Shown piece by piece: positions 1 through 14,477 of a DNA stretch of 64,000 bases (positions are counted from its first letter, which is position 1; the number at the start of each line of letters is the position of its first letter). The translations under genes were made by a program, and so were the position numbers. The notes below the pieces were generated by a model. It worked only from the letters and a program-made list of their open reading frames with translations. It ran no database searches and had not been told where the DNA came from. Source of the stretch: Laetmonice hystrix (lineage: Eukaryota); NCBI GenBank assembly GCA_965235115.1, contig OZ249438.1:22940001-23004000 (forward strand), given 5' to 3'.

Positions 1-2580
1 TCACTAATGACGAGAAAACCCGTAATCAGGCCAATTAACACAATTTATTCAACGATTTGATAAACAAAGGGACAGTTAGTTATCCAAGCACGTGCATGGA
101 CGCTGGGCCTAAGGAAATGTTGTCTCTCGGCTCATCTTCCTCTAAACTACAGCGGTAGGGTTGTATTTACTGCACGATGTGGCGTGTTGGTCGGGTCCCT
201 GAGGTGTTACTCAATGTAAACTTAGACAACCCACCTTCTCGCTGAAATTCCTTAGTTAAATACGGATCTGAGGGGGGGGGGGGCAATTAGACCAAGCGTT
301 TCTTTTGAAATAACGTTTGAAATCGTGTTACTATCAGGGTCATTTGTTTTTATTTTATTGTAAAGTATTTGTTAGACTGTATGTACATGTTATGCAAAGA
401 TATCTATCTATTATAACCTTATAGTATCACCTCATAATCACTTTTATTTATTTATTAATCAATTTATTTATTTATTTATTGAAGAACCTGGCATTTACTG
501 TTATGTGTCTTATAGTTACACTGCGTACTGCTATAGTTCATTGCTGATACGCCGTATCAGTAACTAGTCAATATTAGTAACACCATGCCAATATCAGAAA
601 TCTAAAGCTACTTTTGGGGAACATTGCGACAGACCTGGGGCGAACATTGTGAACTGTTGTCAACTTGTCACGGGCCATGTCCTCGGCGAGTCGCCGGCCG
701 CGCGCAGTCTGTAACGAGCGCCATTTTACAGCGACGTCTGGTGGAAATTTCACGAACCACGCCCGTGGCAGGCAGTCGCTTCGGTAGATTCACTGACAGG
801 TAGGATAATCCGTGAAAAACATTTAATGTTATCATGGGGCTTTCATCGGCGAAACGTTAAGAAAATAAAGAAAGGGGTAGCCCGTTAAATAGTGATTGAT
901 ACTTAATAAACTAGGTGAAACTTCTGGGTGGATTGAAAGTGTTTCTTCTAGCCCTCCACATCTTTTACCATCATTCCATTATTGTTGTTTTATTGATGAC
1001 TAAATCTAGATGAAGGCTGGTATAATTATGTTCCACGGTATATATGTGGACGTAGCCCTAGTATACTGGCCCAATCTATTCCAGACACGGCCATTCTGGT
1101 AATGGATGTATTTTTAAAAGTACTGTTTTTCAGACATTATTAAAGAAAGAAATCGCTGGAACATGCATGGTCAACTAAAGGTCACAAAATAATGAGATTA
1201 ATCACCATGATTACCGTTACCAAACTACTTATTGCCTACTTCTCCATAGTTTGTTTCACGTTTCAGGAGGATGAAAAGTCATCTGGTCGTCTTAAATAAT
1301 GGAACATGGAAATTAAAGTGCATTTAAGGGGACTTTTCAAAGTTTTAATGAAGTGGAGAAAAGAGGTTTCTTGTTAACAAAGTGATGTCATCTGCCCTAA
1401 ATTATTCCATATTCTGTAATCCACATTTAATATCTGTAGGCCTCGGCCTGTAGAGAAGTCAGTGGAGTACACGGAATGAAAAGTATACCGTCTTATATAC
1501 TCAAAACAATAAATTATTATAGTTATATTGATACCAATTAAAGGTGAGACAAGACTCTTACGTGTAGTTTATATACTATTTTGAGGCAATCAGGAGGCTG
1601 ATATTGAAGTTATAACGAATTGTCGTTTACCATCCTTATAATTAATAAAAAGATTTTTTTAAATGACGTCATATTGATTTGGTATCGATTAGATTAACGT
1701 TCTTCCCTGTTTGCACAAAAAAGTTTTCTTTACGTTATACTCGGCTCTCGCCGTCAGAGAAGTGCACCCAGGAGGAGACGCTCGCCAGCCTTGCGTTTCA
1801 CTCTGCATTCTCCCGTGACAAATACATGAGTGAGTCGCATTATATGTAAATACGTTCAAAGAGAGAAGTCCGTACTGAAACCAGGACCGTCAGTGAGCAG
1901 TCGTCTGATACATGCGGCAGTCTATTGTTTCAGTGTCACGTACTTGACTTGTGCATGTAGCCGTGCCCGCGTTACGTTACCGCGCGTTTGAAAGGTACAC
2001 CGCCCATGACGTACCTCCGTGTAACATGGAATCTTTGATCCTAGCCGATCTCTTCAAAGACCACCTGTTACGTGGTCCGGAGTGAGCGTTCGAATACCGC
2101 CAGTTTGACGATTGGATCAAACGAATCTCCTCCAACGACACCTGAGAACAGGAGATGGCAGTCATGTACGCCCGACTACACGGCATACACACAGACAGCC
2201 ATGACACCAACTTACTTTTTCTCTCTCTACTTCTCTGCATATCTCTGTCCTATACTGAATTCTGAAGTTTATATCCTGCCCTGCATTAACTGTTTTCTTT
2301 ACACGAAGTTCTTTTGGCGCCGACATTTAAAAAAAAAGAAACTCAAGAACATGCATCTCTCTCCATCACTTCTCATGTCGGCCTACATGCAGTATGTCTT
2401 GAACCAGGAAGATTGAGGGCAGGTATAAATAACTGTATGAGTTATACGGTATAATGTCATGGCTATTGGTCCTGAGCTGTATTGGTCCTGAGCTGTAAGA
2501 TTACGGTCAAGTATTGATTCTACGGTATTGTACTGCCACCTGAGTTGCGGGTACTTTGCCAGGAGTTATGATAGAAGTCG

Positions 2581-3682
2581 ATTTATCTAGGGTCAGTTTC
2601 CATCGTTAGACAGGGAATGACGTCTTGATCATTTATAGAGGGTCAGTTTCCATCGTTAGACAGGAAATGACGTCTTGATCATTTATAGAGAGGGTCAGTT
2701 TCCATCGTTAGACAGGGAATGACGTCTTGATCATTTATAGAGGGTCAGTTTCCATCGTTAGACAGGGAATGACGTCTTGATCATTTATAGAGGGTCAGTT
2801 TCCATCGTTAGACAGGGAATGACGTCTTGATCATTTATAGAGGGTCAGTTTCCATCGTTAGACAGGGAATGACGTCTTGGTCCTTTTATAGAGGGTCAGT
2901 TTCCATCGTTAGACAGGGAATGACGTCTTGATCATTTATGGAGGGTCAGTTTCCATCGTTAGACAGGGAATGACGTCTTGATCATTTATAGAGGGTCAGT
3001 TTCCATCGTTAGACAGGGAATGACGTCTTGATCCTTTTATAGAGGGTCAGTTTCCATCGTTAGACAGGGAATGACGTCTTGATCATTTATAGAGGGTCAG
3101 TTTCCATCGTTAGACAGGGGATGACGTCTTGATCATTTATAGAGGGTCAGTTTCCATCGTTAGACAGGGAATGACGTCTTGATCATTTATAGAGGGTCAG
3201 TTTCCATCGTTAGACAGGGAATGACGTCTTGATCATTTATAGAGGGTCAGTTTCCATCGTTAGACAGGGAATGACGCCTTGATCATTTATAGAGGGTCAG
3301 TTTCCATCGTTAGACAGGGGATGACGTCTTGATCATTTATAGAGGGTCAGTTTCCATCGTTAGACAGGGAATGACGTCTTGATCATTTATAGAGGGTCAG
3401 TTTCCATCGTTAGACAGGGAATGACGTCTTGATCATTTATAGAGGGTCAGTTTCCATCGTTAGACAGGGGATGACGTCTTGATCATTTATAGAGGGTCAG
3501 TTTCCATCGTTAGACAGGGAATGACGCCTTGATCATTTATAGAGGGTCAGTTTCCATCGTTAGACAGGGAATGACGTCTTGATCATTTATAGAGGATCAG
3601 TTTCTATCGTTAGACAGGGAATGACGTCTTGATCATTTTATAGAGGGTCAGTTTCCATCGTTAGACAGGGAATGACGTCATT
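2581..3682. repeat. Minisatellite, 50-bp unit, about 22 copies
   Basis: Unit atttatagagggtcagtttccatcgttagacagggaatgacgtcttgatc; near-identical copies. Confidence 0.97.
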
Positions 3683-3752
3683 TGCTGACCGTTATCATCA
3701 CATCAACTCGGATTGATCAGTAAATGTGACGTATGGTTCAGCGGGCAATGGT

Positions 3753-3822
3753 CCCCCACCCACCCCATCCACCCCACCCCATCCACCCCACCCTACCCAC
3801 CCCCACCACCCCCACCCCCACC
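3753..3822. repeat. C-rich (CCCCA-type) low-complexity tract
   Basis: Repeated cccca/ccac runs. Confidence 0.85.
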
Positions 3823-4626
3823 ACACATCTTCATCAGATCCCGCCTCTCTTATTTACCGAATCATTCAGCTGCTTGACGACAATCTCCGCAGTCGCCGCA
3901 CCTGTTAGCAAGTAACGAAGTGGAACAACCTCAAATTAGACAAGCGAGACAGGAGATTTTATCGGAGTTCTAGTGGAAATGTCAATAGGGGACTGTGGCG
4001 GTTGAACCTACCCCCGTCGCCTGGCGTCTTGGCATTCGATAAAGCCGTGGATGGGTGGAGGGCTGGGTGGACCAGGGCCGGGAGGTCTAGGTGTACAACC
4101 CCCGCCATACGGACCTAATGAACGGCTGGCAGGTCTGACAGGTCTCGACAGAGGTACTAAGAAAGGACCTTTCCCCTCCACCGATACCACTGGGCCTGGG
4201 CAATGAGTAACTGGTCGTGGAGTCGTGAAGACTTGAGGGCACGACAAATAAACTCAGCGGGAGAGTGTCCTGCCCCCTCCCCCCTCCACAACCTGTCGGC
4301 CTGAGCGCCGTGCAGATAGCCTTGTTCAATACCACACACGTCAAAGTCACCTTAAAAAGTGAAACACTGAGACGGAGTTCAATGGACAATGGCATGCGAT
4401 GGCAGGAATACCTTCACCCCACTAGAAAAAAGGTTGTTGACAGCCCAAGCATGCAGTGGGGGGTATGCCTCGCCGAGAAAGAAAATAGAGAGCAAAACAC
4501 CGATGAAAAATGAAGAAATAAGACTTAGATAAATGGTATATGATATGCTAAAATATAACAAAAAGTCATTACTTTCAGGTTGGTCAATAAAACATTATCG
4601 GGGCCTATGATATTTTAATCTAGGTG

Positions 4627-4702
4627 TTCTCTGTCTCTGTCTCTCTGTCTCTGTCTATGTCTCTCTCACTCTCTGTCTCTCTCTCTCTCTCTCTTGCTCT
4701 CT
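4627..4702. repeat. (TC)n/(TCTG)n microsatellite
   Basis: Direct reading. Confidence 0.9.
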
Positions 4703-7700
4703 CGCATTCCTTACACATATTATCGCCCACGAGCGTTAGAATCATAGCTCCTGCATTCCCATTCGCAGAAAGTTCCCGAACGCGTCATACAATGCAATAT
4801 GTATACTATAAGTTTGGCATGGGGTAATGTGGCTGGGAGTTTCAAATAAATATACACGTTACCGGGCCAGTAACAGTGAAATCCATTGTCTCCCTGCTAC
4901 ATGAACGACTATAGCACCACATTCCTTCAGTCGTTCACTGTACCAAGAAAATGTTTCGTGATGTGTAAACCTTTGGGACATGAACTTTCTACAGGTGACA
5001 ATATGCACTGCATCATTTCAGTCGCCTGATAACGGCTGAGATATTTTCAAAAGTTAATTTCCAACCTTACATTCCGTCTTGTTAATGGATTCATCGGATT
5101 CTGATAAACACAATTACAGCTTCGGAAAAATCGTCCTTTCATAATTAGCGCAACTCGACTTAAAATAAGTTTGTTTCACATTACCACGTGTATAGGTTAT
5201 AGAATCTGTCCACGGCCTTCGTCAGGAGTTTCTTATTGAGAAAATGCAATTTACTTGTGTGTTATTCAGTGGAATTCGGCCGGCGGTAAATGGAATCAAA
5301 ACTATTGAAGTCAAATTGAAAGATGAGATCGATTCCTGGAGGGAATAACAAGAGGAATAGTACGAACGTTTGCCCGTGGCACAATGGTGACAGAGGGAAC
5401 ACGTCCTTCACCGAATTACATTTTACTCGTGTGGAAGATTGCACCCAACTCCGGGCCCTGCATCTTGAATCATTAATACACCCACCAACAAGGCGCTAAT
5501 TGTAATGCCAACTTTCTGATATGTGTGTTATTGAACAACGCTCACACTGAAACACCTGACAGTGTCAGGGTTGTGTGAATTGTTACACAGATACATTGTG
5601 TTTTCCTCGTTTTTTGGTCACATTTTCTTTTTCATTTTACTCATGTCGTATGAACATAATGTGTATGCGATTTAAAGGGTTGTATGTATACATCTTCTAT
5701 ATACTTTAATTTTTACATAACATTATGGTCATGTAAAATGTGTGTATAGGGTTACACTGGCGGTATCCCTAACACACTTTGTGAATGCACCTGTTCGTTC
5801 AGTACGTCCTCAGGATGGATGGTATAGACCGTCCTAACAGCAAGAACACTCCACCGTTCTTGCTAACAGGACGGACTGGATCTCCTACTTGCAGATACAC
5901 ATCCAAGCTTTCTCAATCCCTGCAGTCCGCAATCACATTTCACATCACCAATCATCTTGGCCGGGGCACATTTCCCGGCCAATTGATATCTGGACAAATC
6001 CTGTTTGCAGCCTGTGCCTGTGCGTCATATATCGTAGGTGGGCGCCCATTGTGGCCGTCGGCAGCTATATTAACTGTTAGCAGGTGGCTTGGAGGCGATC
6101 GCCTCAGGTCTGACACTGATGCCCTTACAATCTGACAGCCACACGTCATTACGTCTCCAATGTTAAGCTGACCTGTGTTTCCTTATTAATAGTCCCTATC
6201 ACACAGAAACAAAGCCCCCGCCCCCATCACAGCCCCCTTTCCTGTTCGTACGTCGACGTTTTTAACTTGAGTGAGTTAACCTTAGACATGGTTGACGTAC
6301 CCGATATATAGATAAATGGGGACGGAGGGAACAGCCTAATCGGACGTGTTTCCCATCACGTATGTCTCTCCTGCCAGTTAATAGCAATGCCATAAAATCA
6401 ACATTTCGTGTCGCGTAAAACGGAGATATGGTGAAGACGAGACGAGTTGAGTCAGGCCCGGGGAGGGTCTTAGAAACACGCCAATCAGGCGCGCTGTTCT
6501 GTGGGTCGGTCTAATCCGCAGACAGCAGCGAGGGACGGAAGGCCAATGTGAGCCCGGTCAGTCGCTAACCGCAGGTAGACTTCTTCGTCGGCCTTTACGG
6601 CAAATCATCAGCTAGCAAAATGAGACGTCGCCAATCCTCAATCCGTTGTGGGTAATTGCAATGTTGATGGCATGATAGCCCCCATAATATGACTGGCATG
6701 ACGTAGACATGTGCAGCTTAGAACCAGGGGGATTGCTAGCCTAATCCCAGCTATGTGGCTACAGGGCTGCGGCATCCACTCGGCATTACACCCTGATTAG
6801 ACAGGTCAGCTTATTAAATGTCCCTCCCTATCCCAGCTCCGTGGCTAAATGTCACGTTTATCAAAAACCAATGGTCTGCAGGCTTTACATGGAAAGTATC
6901 CATAGCCGATGGGGTAAAGTAAATGTATTGGAATGTATATGTTTCGGAAAACGATGTAAACGTAAAAGAAATAAACACAGTTTAACACAGTTCTCCACGA
7001 ACGTACTGACTGGAAATCGTGACAGACATCAACACCAGTGGCCATGATGTAATTATTTTTCAAGAAAGAGTGTTGCGTGGGGCTCACATCGTGTGCCAAA
7101 TACAAGATATCTCATGCTTCAACAACGAACCAGCGTCCGCCCGCCTCCCAATGACACAAGCCAGAAGGGCAATAAGGGGCGAATCTCTAATTGCAATCTT
7201 GCGCAAGTTAAAGTGTAAAGTGCCCGTGTGTAAACGGCTGAGCAAAGGCTGAGGACACCAAGAGAGACGTTTAATACATAGGCTACATGTACTAAATTCA
7301 AAATAAATGGTTGGCTCTGATTTAGAGCCAGATCTATACCTTCGTTGTAAATGTGAAGTGTGCAGCGAGCACTGCCTCCAGTCTGACGGTCCTGTTCATG
7401 CGGAACAAAGGTTGGCATCGTTATGGTGTATGTCATACTCTTCATGTCACTCCAAGGTCAGCGCGACCTTAACCTTGTCAAGAGATCAGCTTTCGCTGGC
7501 TCGTCCATTGTCTAACGAGTCAGCTCTCTTTCGAACGCCAGGCAACGATCGTCGCCAAAGTATGCGAGTAGGGAAGGCCAAACGGCGGGATATCTTATTA
7601 AGTGACTTACTTATCAGCGGGTGCGCAAATGGCAAGAAAGGCTGGCGTCAGTATCAGAAACGGCCGAATTTAAAACTCAGTCTGCTAATGCTGTCAGGTG

Positions 7701-10700
7701 AGATTTAGCTGAATAAAGAGATACGGGCCTGGGCCCATAGTAGGGCATGTCCCCCTAGGCTGATACCGGACTCCTCTGAATTAAGATGTCCACCCCGATA
7801 AGTAAGGTGCAGACCTTGAGCCGTATTATGTTCTTTAGGTAGAACCGTAATGGAAGCTGATCCGACCGGGCGCGTCGTCTTGGTCTATCTTGATGACGGC
7901 TGGTAAAAGAAGCAGAGACCTGGGTCTGTGATGGGGGCAGTGGCTGGAGTCGTACACACCCAAACACCCTGGCTGGGGGCATTCAGCCACAGCGCCACCT
8001 GTCAGCAGCTATCGTCTCCACCAACGTCACGCTCCCAACAGAAAGTATTGCAAGGTAACTTGCCATTTGTGATCTTAATTGAGAGTGCACGAAATGAAGG
8101 GCCCTGATAACGGGGAAGGTTAATGGACGTAAGGAAGGCAAGGCTCGCAGCTGGTGGAAGGAAGAGAAAGATATGGCGTCTCTTGACTCCAGTCGGACAA
8201 TTTCAGCCATGTGCGGCCGACCGAGCCGGAACAAAGCCGTCTGGCGGTTGCTAATTGAAACTCGTACTGACCAATTTGTCAGTGGCCAATGGCACCCTGT
8301 ATTTAGCACAGACCTCAGGCGTCAAGGTGTAATTTGATCTGAAAATGAGTGGCCGTCAGCGTGTATGTATAAGAACTGCCAAGGTTGAAGGAGAGCCCCA
8401 GCGGCTGGGGGTGGACGGAGCCCCATTGGTCCATACCGGCTGAAAGAGAAGGGGCGGGGTAGATCGACTAGATTGTACTTCTCCAGCTTTCCTGCGCTGC
8501 TTTCACGCCACATTGGTTCTGAAAAAGTATCATTAAATCTGTTGAGGTTGGAATGAAAGGCTGGGACAACTACAATGACATTACGGGTGTCTCAATAGAC
8601 CGGCCCTGTTGTGGCAGCGGTGGTCTTACGGCCACGGACCAGATCGGGTGATGACCAGCCATCTACCTACACTGAGTCCAATTTTGGCCAATTTTGTGGA
8701 AATTTCCCAACATTTATTTATGATTAGGGCATTCAAGAATATTAATATGTTTCCTTATGAATATCATACAGATGGAGTGCTCATTTCCTATCGCACCGGA
8801 GACAAGAGTTAATTCAAGCAAGAACCAGCGCCCCCGTCGTTTGAGTTTTTGTTAGGCTCGCAGCGAACATAAACCCACTGGGACACCCCGTCAGCACAAT
8901 TATTGGGTTTTCCACCCATATATTGATACGCTTCAATTTGGACTTCATCCTTTGAAAATGGGGTGTTAAATTAGGCAGTAGTTGAGAGTGTCCCTGGGGT
9001 CTGTATTTGGGCTCCCTTCAACAGGCCTACCCCGGCGTAGAAATGTAGAACGTCAAGATGAATATCACAGAGGAAGGCGGTAAAGCTCGCTGACCTCAGC
9101 CTATACGAGGCAATGTTGTGTTGTTGCTGTTGAAGGCCTCATTTGTACGCATGCCTCATCAGGGTCCCAATTCCGGCAGTATTAAAGGAGGAGGCTCGCC
9201 CAATGATACGGTGTGTTTTCACATGTGAATTGATATCTCAGCAGAGTGTGCAGAGATAGGCGGTCAGACAGCAGACGTTGAAGACGGCGTGCGCTTGGCC
9301 GCGCAGACCAAACAGACTGTCCTTGCCAATACAACGCGTTGATGGGGTTCGTTTGGCCGGGGCCGGTAATCGGAACATGCCGGCCGCAGTGCCCGGGGCA
9401 GGAGCTGGGCGGCGAGCTGACAGTCGATTTCATGCCTGTCCACGTCCACGCCTCCACAGATTGCTTCTGACTGTGCTCGCAGGGATCATCTTGGAGAAAT
9501 GCGTCCAAATGATTTCAACAGTGTGAAAAGAAGAAAGGCAAAAATGCAAAAAAAGAAAGTTGTTGTGGAATAACGAACGCAAGAGGCTGTAATTTCTAAC
9601 GAAATTAAAGGGTTGCCGTTGCGGTTAATTTGCAGGCCATGCAGTCCTTGTTTTACGACTTTCATAACTTTCATAATAATGAGAGATGAGAAAAATAAAG
9701 TTTCCACCAGAGGCATCCACCACGTGCGCACAAACCTTTATGTATTCCTACAGTCACAGCCTGCAGCAAACAATGAGATATGTTGGGCAAATACTAAAGG
9801 TGTTCATTTACGACCTATGCAATCAATCTTCACTAAATAGGGCAATCCACTCCGAAAGGTGTTTTCCGTCTGAACATACAATGACACTATATTCTTACTT
9901 TTATAAAACAACTCCTGTCTTCAGTAAGATTAAACAGTCAGCTGATATGGGACCTAATACATAGTGCTCTCAGGTGTTTCACATCGCCTGACATCTTATT
10001 CTACAGACTTAGATCGCCAAATGTTTCCTACAAGTTAACAGGGCTTTTCGAAAAGCATATGGGTCGATGTTGCGGACCATGCCGTGATAGTTTGGGGCAG
10101 GTGCCGAGAGAGCGGCGCGATACCTGTGGCTAGGCCCGAACTAAAGTGGCTCGACTTGACCCCTCCTTAACCCCTCCACTAATGTCCGCTGGCCGTTTTG
10201 TAGGCGTTTTTGCCGTCGATTTGGTAAAAGCCAGTCAGGTCAGCGGGGCGCTGGTGTCATGTGCCAGGGTATGGGGAGGGGAGGAAGTTAGGGGGTTGGC
10301 CTGGTTGGGAGTTGGTGGGGGAAACCCCCGCCAGGATGTCGAAGGGGATTTCAATTCGCCTCAGAGAGTACAAAACTCCTTTAACTCTTACCCTAACCCA
10401 TCACTAACTCTGCCGAAATGAATTCTGTAAAGCTCTTTGCTATTTTAGAAGTAAATAAGATTTTTTCAATAAAGTCGGTATTGTTCTCAATATACAACTA
10501 TATCATCGCTCACTCTATTCCACAATATACCTTTATACTTTAGTGCGACATCCAAAAGTAGAATGAGAGATGAGAAGCCGAAATGCACCAGCAAAAGGTC
10601 CTGGTTCACACAAATCGTGCAAGACGCCACGACCACCTATAGTTTCACACCAGCTGTCGATACACCAGTAATCCCACTTCACCACTACATCTGGAGCAGA

Positions 10701-13644
10701 GATAAAAGGAGAGAGAAGGAAGGATGAGCAGGATGAGAGATGGAGTAGTGAGAGAACTAACATTCCGAACTAACACACGTAACTTGACGGTGAAGGCAAT
10801 GGTTAAACCTGGTTCACCTGGAGAACGGACGGGTCATGCTACCCGACTGTTTTCTTGTCGGTGCGTCCGACTTGCTCTCGACGGGACAAGTGTGAATGTT
10901 CGGATAGACTCCAGTCAAGTGGATGACGTAACTGGGCTGTGTGAAACTGATAGCAGGATCCTCAAGGTGAAGTGTGCCCCCACATCGTCCTTGGATCCTG
11001 AAGGATGAACGTCCATTGACAGATGGCAGCTTGACTCAGGTTGATGTAATCTTGGCATTTGTCGGGTTCCGTGGGTATCTTGTAGGCCACGGTCTTTAGT
11101 GGATACCCTTGATACTTTCGTGGTATTTCTAGTTTTCAATTCTAATGCGCTTACTGTCAATTTCTCTCAGACATCACTATTTGTTATAGCGCTAAGTATA
11201 TTAACACGCTTTTACTTTTTGTATACCTTTTGTTTAGATCACACATCAACACGTTATAGGAAGGAAGACTTGGGTTAAAACATGAGGTGTAGCTCTGTCT
11301 AATTGTCCGGATACGGTAGCTCAGTTGTCTCTATTTCTATACTCGTTCCACAGTGGTTCTTGAAAAAGTTTCCCTCGACGTTTGGCTCTTAAACAAGGAA
11401 TACTTAACCCTAACGCATGTTCCGTCTCATCCTAATGCCAGGAACCGCTTCAGGCTTAATCTGGTTAAGTCCATTAATTGCATGGTGTTACAGTCTATGT
11501 CGCTCGTGTAATTGCACTTAGAGAAGCAATGGCCTGAGGAAAGGGGTATGCGCTTTTGGTGAAATTCACTGTGAGCGCAAAGCCTACTTTGAAAGCCCAA
11601 CTGGTATTGATACATTAGATGATGTAATATATATTATCAGAGATTAAAGGTATAGTGCTCTTTCTAAGGTGATTTCTTCGGTTCACGTTTTATTGATCCA
11701 TATCTAGGAATGTATTGTCCTAAAATGTTAGTGTGATTCGCCTTTAAATCCCTGGGCCCGCCGATTATGGTAAAAATATCTTAAACTGACGAAAGGGGGA
11801 AATACGTTAAAATTAAACTTGTCATTAGCCAGATAATATTGTAGGCAGTATCGTTCATTTGATACTTCCTCTACTGAAGTCTTTGTGTTTAAATTATTAA
11901 AATGTTTCTACGCTGAGGAATTGAATTTAGAGAGTCGGAAAATGTGTATCGGGCCTAGAATATATTGCTGGGGTCGATGGTGTTTATGTTCATGAAACTA
12001 TTGGAGTTTCGTCTGTCTGCCAAAGAACACGAATAGTTCGAGGATGTCAGGAGTTTGCCCAACCTTCACAGACCCAGCATCCATGCACGCAATAATCAAC
12101 TTAACAGGAATGAACAATCAGTTCGTTGATTGCCTGAAATAGCAAACTGTTAAGGTACTTGTGAACTGTGAAATGCAATTAATAGGATTATGTTTATATC
12201 TCAATACTTGGATCGACTTTAATCCCTCCAGCACATTACTGGACCTAGACGAAATATTAGCACAGATTTGATGCCAGACTCACATTCCGCTATGGTTGGC
12301 TACAAGGTGTTTTCGACCTTTGATTTTATACATTCCCTTATGGCAGAGACTGGAGAGAGAAATATTATAAAACATTGCTTCGGTTTCATGTATTCCCTGT
12401 AGATGCAAAGAACTACACTGTATTGACTACAAACGGCACCCCTTTGGCATTATTGTGTATAGAGCAGCATTTGTTCACTCGGTCCAATAAGACGGGAACC
12501 CCCTGTAATATAGACCCTACACAGACATAGAAGGGGACTCGTAAACCATCATCACCCTTAGTTAGGATTGTACACCTCTGAGGTAACTCTATCACCGACA
12601 CGACTGTGGTAATCACACAGTACTGGTTCAGTCTTTATCAAGCCACAGGTGCACCGTCTGAACGACGAGGGGCGTAATCACCAAAATACAATATCCGATG
12701 ACCTCTCGGTCCACTCAGAGGAGTTGCCGGTCTGGGCAAGCACCATGATACGATTGTCAGTACCGTCTGTGAATGAGCCCCTGGTCTGACACCCTCCCCG
12801 CTCTCCCCTCCCCACTACCTGTGGTTACATCACCAGGTGAGTCTGCGATCAGGTGATCTTATCCCGTAGCCCGACGCCAACACCTGTGCTCGGCCGCCAG
12901 CAGCGCCCCCTGTCTGCTCGCTCGCCATCTGCCACCAGAGCCGCTCGTGAACGGCAACCTGAGATCTACAAGCGAGCCGGGCGACACACAATGCCGTAAG
13001 ATACCTGCGAGCGTACCACATGATCGACGGGTCGCCATCTCCTGGGGCACTTAAGAGGACAATTTGTCTACTCTGTATTGTCTTCTCCGGCCTCAAATGA
13101 GACTCTGAGATTTTCATCTGATACCATTAAAGACGATGTAAGTTCATTAAATTAAGCCGTGTCGCGTATCGGGTCCTTGAAACGCCACAAGTTGAGACGC
13201 CATTTACCTGAAAGGTATCGTCACATGAACAGCGGATCCCTACGTTAAGTAACCAGTAATGGTAAGTCTACGCCCTGACGACAACCAACGCCATCGTTAA
13301 GTAACATTGAATTGAATACTCAGGGGAATAAACAGCTGGGTGTCGCAGCAAATGGCAAGATTGGTTCGGTCCTTAGGCCTAAAGAATGCTCCGTATAGTA
13401 TGTATAATTATGTCTAGATACAATTATTCAATATAAGGCACTACAGATCTTTTTCATTTGTTTTATTATATATAATGAATTCCATCGTGTTCTTATTTAT
13501 AACTACACTCATTGTCTTTGTTATCGAATAATCTTAAATTGGGAGGTCCTATTTTTTTTTTTTTTTATTGATGGCAAGACTATTGTTGAGTCTATAATGG
13601 CATTCATCTCAAACATTATTGTCACTATCACTGGTAATAGCTGT

Positions 13645-14477
13645 AACAGCTGCTCCCAGAGTCAGCTAGATCCAAGCCTGACGGTTTCTAAGCGCTAACA
13701 CGGTTACAGCTGCTCCCAGAGTCAGCTAGATCCAAGCCTGACGGTTTCTAAGCGCTAACACGGTAACAGCTGCTCCCAGAGTCAGCTAGATCCAAGCCTG
13801 ACGGTTTCTAAGCGCTAACACGGTTACAGCTGCTCCCAGAGTCAGCTAGATCCAAGCCTGACGGTTTCTAAGCGCTAACACGGTTACAGCTGCTCCCAGA
13901 GTCAGCTAGATCCAAGCCTGACAGTTTCTAAGCGCTAACACGGTTACAGCTGCTCCCAGAGTCAGCTAGACCCAAGCCTGACAGTTTCTAAGCGCTAACA
14001 CGGTTACAGCTGCTCCCAGAGTCAGCTAGACCCAAGCCTGACAGTTTCTAAGCGCTAACACGGTTACAGCTGCTCCCAGAGTCAGCTAGACCCAAGCCTG
14101 ACAGTTTCTAAGCGCTAACACGGTTACAGCTGCTCCCAGAGTCAGCTAGATCCAAGCCTGACAGTTTCTAAGCGCTAACACGGTAACAGCTGCTCCCAGG
14201 GTCAGCTAGATCCAAGCCTGACGGTTTCTAAGCGCTAACACGGTTACAGCTGCTCCCAGAGTCAGTTAGACCCAAGCCTGACGGTTTCTAAGCGCTAACA
14301 CGGTAACAGCTGCTCCCAGAGTCAGCTAGATCCAAGCCTGACGGTTTCTAAGCGCTAACACGGTTACAGCTGCTCCCAGAGTCAGCTAGATCCAAGCCTG
14401 ACAGTTTCTAAGCGCTAGCACGGTAACAGCTGCTCCCAGAGTCAGCTAGATCCAAGCCTGACAGTTTCTAAGCGCTG
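13645..14477. repeat. Minisatellite, 60-bp unit, about 14 copies
   Basis: Successive 60-nt lines are near-identical: acggtttctaagcgctaacacggttacagctgctcccagagtcagctagatccaagcctg. Confidence 0.97.

Noticed and set aside
5150-5228. Hammerhead ribozyme / Penelope end on the minus strand (CTGACGAAGGCC...)
   Set aside because: There is no complementary stem II closing onto a GAAA. Other CTGANGA hits I checked (e.g. 55737, 29577, 9155) also fail to form the core.
11315-11335. tRNA or tRNA-derived SINE (GGTAGCTCAGTTG A-box-like)
   Set aside because: There is no B-box (GTTCRA) or cloverleaf downstream.
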